Source: Styela clava (taxonomy: Eukaryota). From it: 64,000 nt of DNA. The position numbers were made by a program, and so were the translations under genes. Below are positions 62,801 to 64,000 of this stretch, one piece after another. The first letter of the stretch is position 1. The number at the start of each line of letters is the position of its first letter. The notes under the pieces are model-generated. The model did not search any database, had not been told where the DNA came from, and saw only the letters and a program-made list of their open reading frames with translations. The stretch spans positions 12,276,001 to 12,340,000 of the forward strand of contig NC_135262.1 of assembly GCF_964204865.1 (NCBI RefSeq), written 5' to 3'.

Positions 62801-64000
62801 TAAGCAAAGCTCTGCAATAAAGTATTCTTTGTTGCAAATTTATCACCTAGTGAAATTCATACACGCTCTGATTTTGCAGTGATTTATGTACATCTTCAAT
62901 CATTCGCAAAACTGAGGTATTTAAAACTGAGTTAAATTTTATTAGTACGTTAGATTATGAATAGGTGTTACGCAAATATTCAGCCTGAAAATCCTTGGTT
63001 TGTCATAACAACCCAGGATATTTCAAAGCCATAAACAGAAAGAATCTTAAAGCACTATCATAGATAAGTACAAACACCAAAGCGCACGACATATGTGGAG
63101 ATATGAGCTTTTGATGAAACGTACTAGAATCCAAGAACATCGACAGGTCCACTAAAACTTATATCTGCGCAAATCTATACACACAGCTAAGCTTATTTAT
63201 CGATTGTTGGACGTATAGGTTTGAATATCTCCTATGAACTACCAGTATAGTTATTTTTGCATAATTAGTAGACGAGGTAATAGTGAAGTCCCGTAATATA
63301 AAAATGTTTCAGAGGACTTTCGGAAGACGATCGATCGATCGTACCCCTTGAACAGCTCCACCGAACCCCAGTGGTTCGATCGAACTCAGGTTAAGAACCA
63401 CTGCCCTCTTCCGTAAAAGGATGACCGTACATTTGATACCATGCGTATATCCGCGGGTTCAATCTATATCCGGATGCTAAAACCTACGGGTTAGGGTTAG
63501 TATGGGTTCAAATATCCGTGAAACAAAAAAATTCCCATAGGTGCAATAGTATGCAGTTGCAATTGTCGTGGGTTCAAATGTACGGGAACCCTGTAAAGGT
63601 GCTTATTTAATTAAACGGCAATATCCCGTCAGCAGTCAAAATAAAATTGTGTCCATTAACCAAAGTAAACGCGTCAAAGTCATAATGCTGTTTTCTATAG
63701 TGCGAATATTGTACGATACCAAGCTTGGCCATTGTATGTATATAAGTTGTTTATTCCATTCATCAACGCAGGATCGCCAAATTTTCGAAAGGACTTGGAC
63801 GTATGAGTGAGCAAATGTTAATGAAATCAAACACCTACCAACTCTGTTGGTGTCCAATCAAGTTGATAAACGTGATATTGGTCAATTGAACCGTCAATAT
63901 CGAGATCGCCACTGTTCTCATAGTAATGGTAATCACAACATGGAAGATCTCCAAAATGAATTGTACTCTGGATCTCAGCCATGTTGTCGCCTCTAGCTTC
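59818..64000 (-). CDS. GH16 beta-1,3-glucanase / glucan-binding protein with two C-terminal X8 (CBM43)-like Cys-rich repeats; 3' exons 63839-64000, 61775-61850, 61372-61514, 60782-60953, 60406-60611, 59818-60033; 5' part beyond window
   Basis: EARG...STIHFG...YHVYQLDWTP...PFNQYFYIILNVAVGG...EMKVDYVRAY is the laminarinase-type GH16 C-terminal half. Two repeats follow: C.VKP.AS..DICG.VEWAC...ATEVFAAY...SCNFGGTA and CRIKDDAN..DICGSMLWAC...VFAAYY...SCDFGGVC. Splice phases are consistent. Confidence 0.88.
62346..63403. mobile_element. Non-autonomous hAT element in GH16 intron
   Basis: TIR cagtggctcttaacct / aggttaagaaccactg; ccgaaccc subterminal repeats; degenerate 8-bp TSD ccccattc / ccctcttc. 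Confidence 0.8.
63419..63591. mobile_element. Small MITE containing GGGTTAGGGTTAG
   Basis: Imperfect TIR ggatgaccgtacatttgatacca / tgggttcaaatgtacgggaaccc, with gtaaa on both flanks. Confidence 0.6.

Noticed and set aside
1-64000. CRISPR arrays, rRNA, prokaryotic operons or defence systems
   Set aside because: None seen. The sequence is spliceosomal-intron-containing animal DNA with no regularly spaced repeat-spacer array.

Overview
AT-rich, intron-rich eukaryotic (animal) DNA, not prokaryotic. The gene content, short introns and repeat types suggest an invertebrate chordate such as an ascidian, but this is inference. I assembled exons by hand from GT-AG sites and phase arithmetic. From left to right the window holds: a frameshifted hAT (Buster/Charlie-type) transposon inside an intron of 5-oxoprolinase (OPLAH, 5' exons only); intronless HIKESHI divergent from NEURL2; a 13-exon transglutaminase with an intact Cys-His-Asp triad and a probable alternative myristoylated N-terminus; an ~11 kb tandem duplication carrying two paralogous secreted SRCR genes plus the 5' part of a speriolin-like gene (decayed in copy 1, intact in copy 2); a 6-exon K2P potassium channel; and the 3' part of a GH16 beta-1,3-glucanase/glucan-binding gene ending in two X8/CBM43-like repeats. 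Many MITEs, SINE fragments and Helentron-like elements are interspersed. The strongest leads are (1) an animal GH16-X8-X8 protein, (2) a secreted collagen/coiled-coil/SRCR protein whose paralog has lost exactly the two splice acceptors needed to drop the Cys and collagen exons in frame, and (3) the MGSAES transglutaminase isoform.
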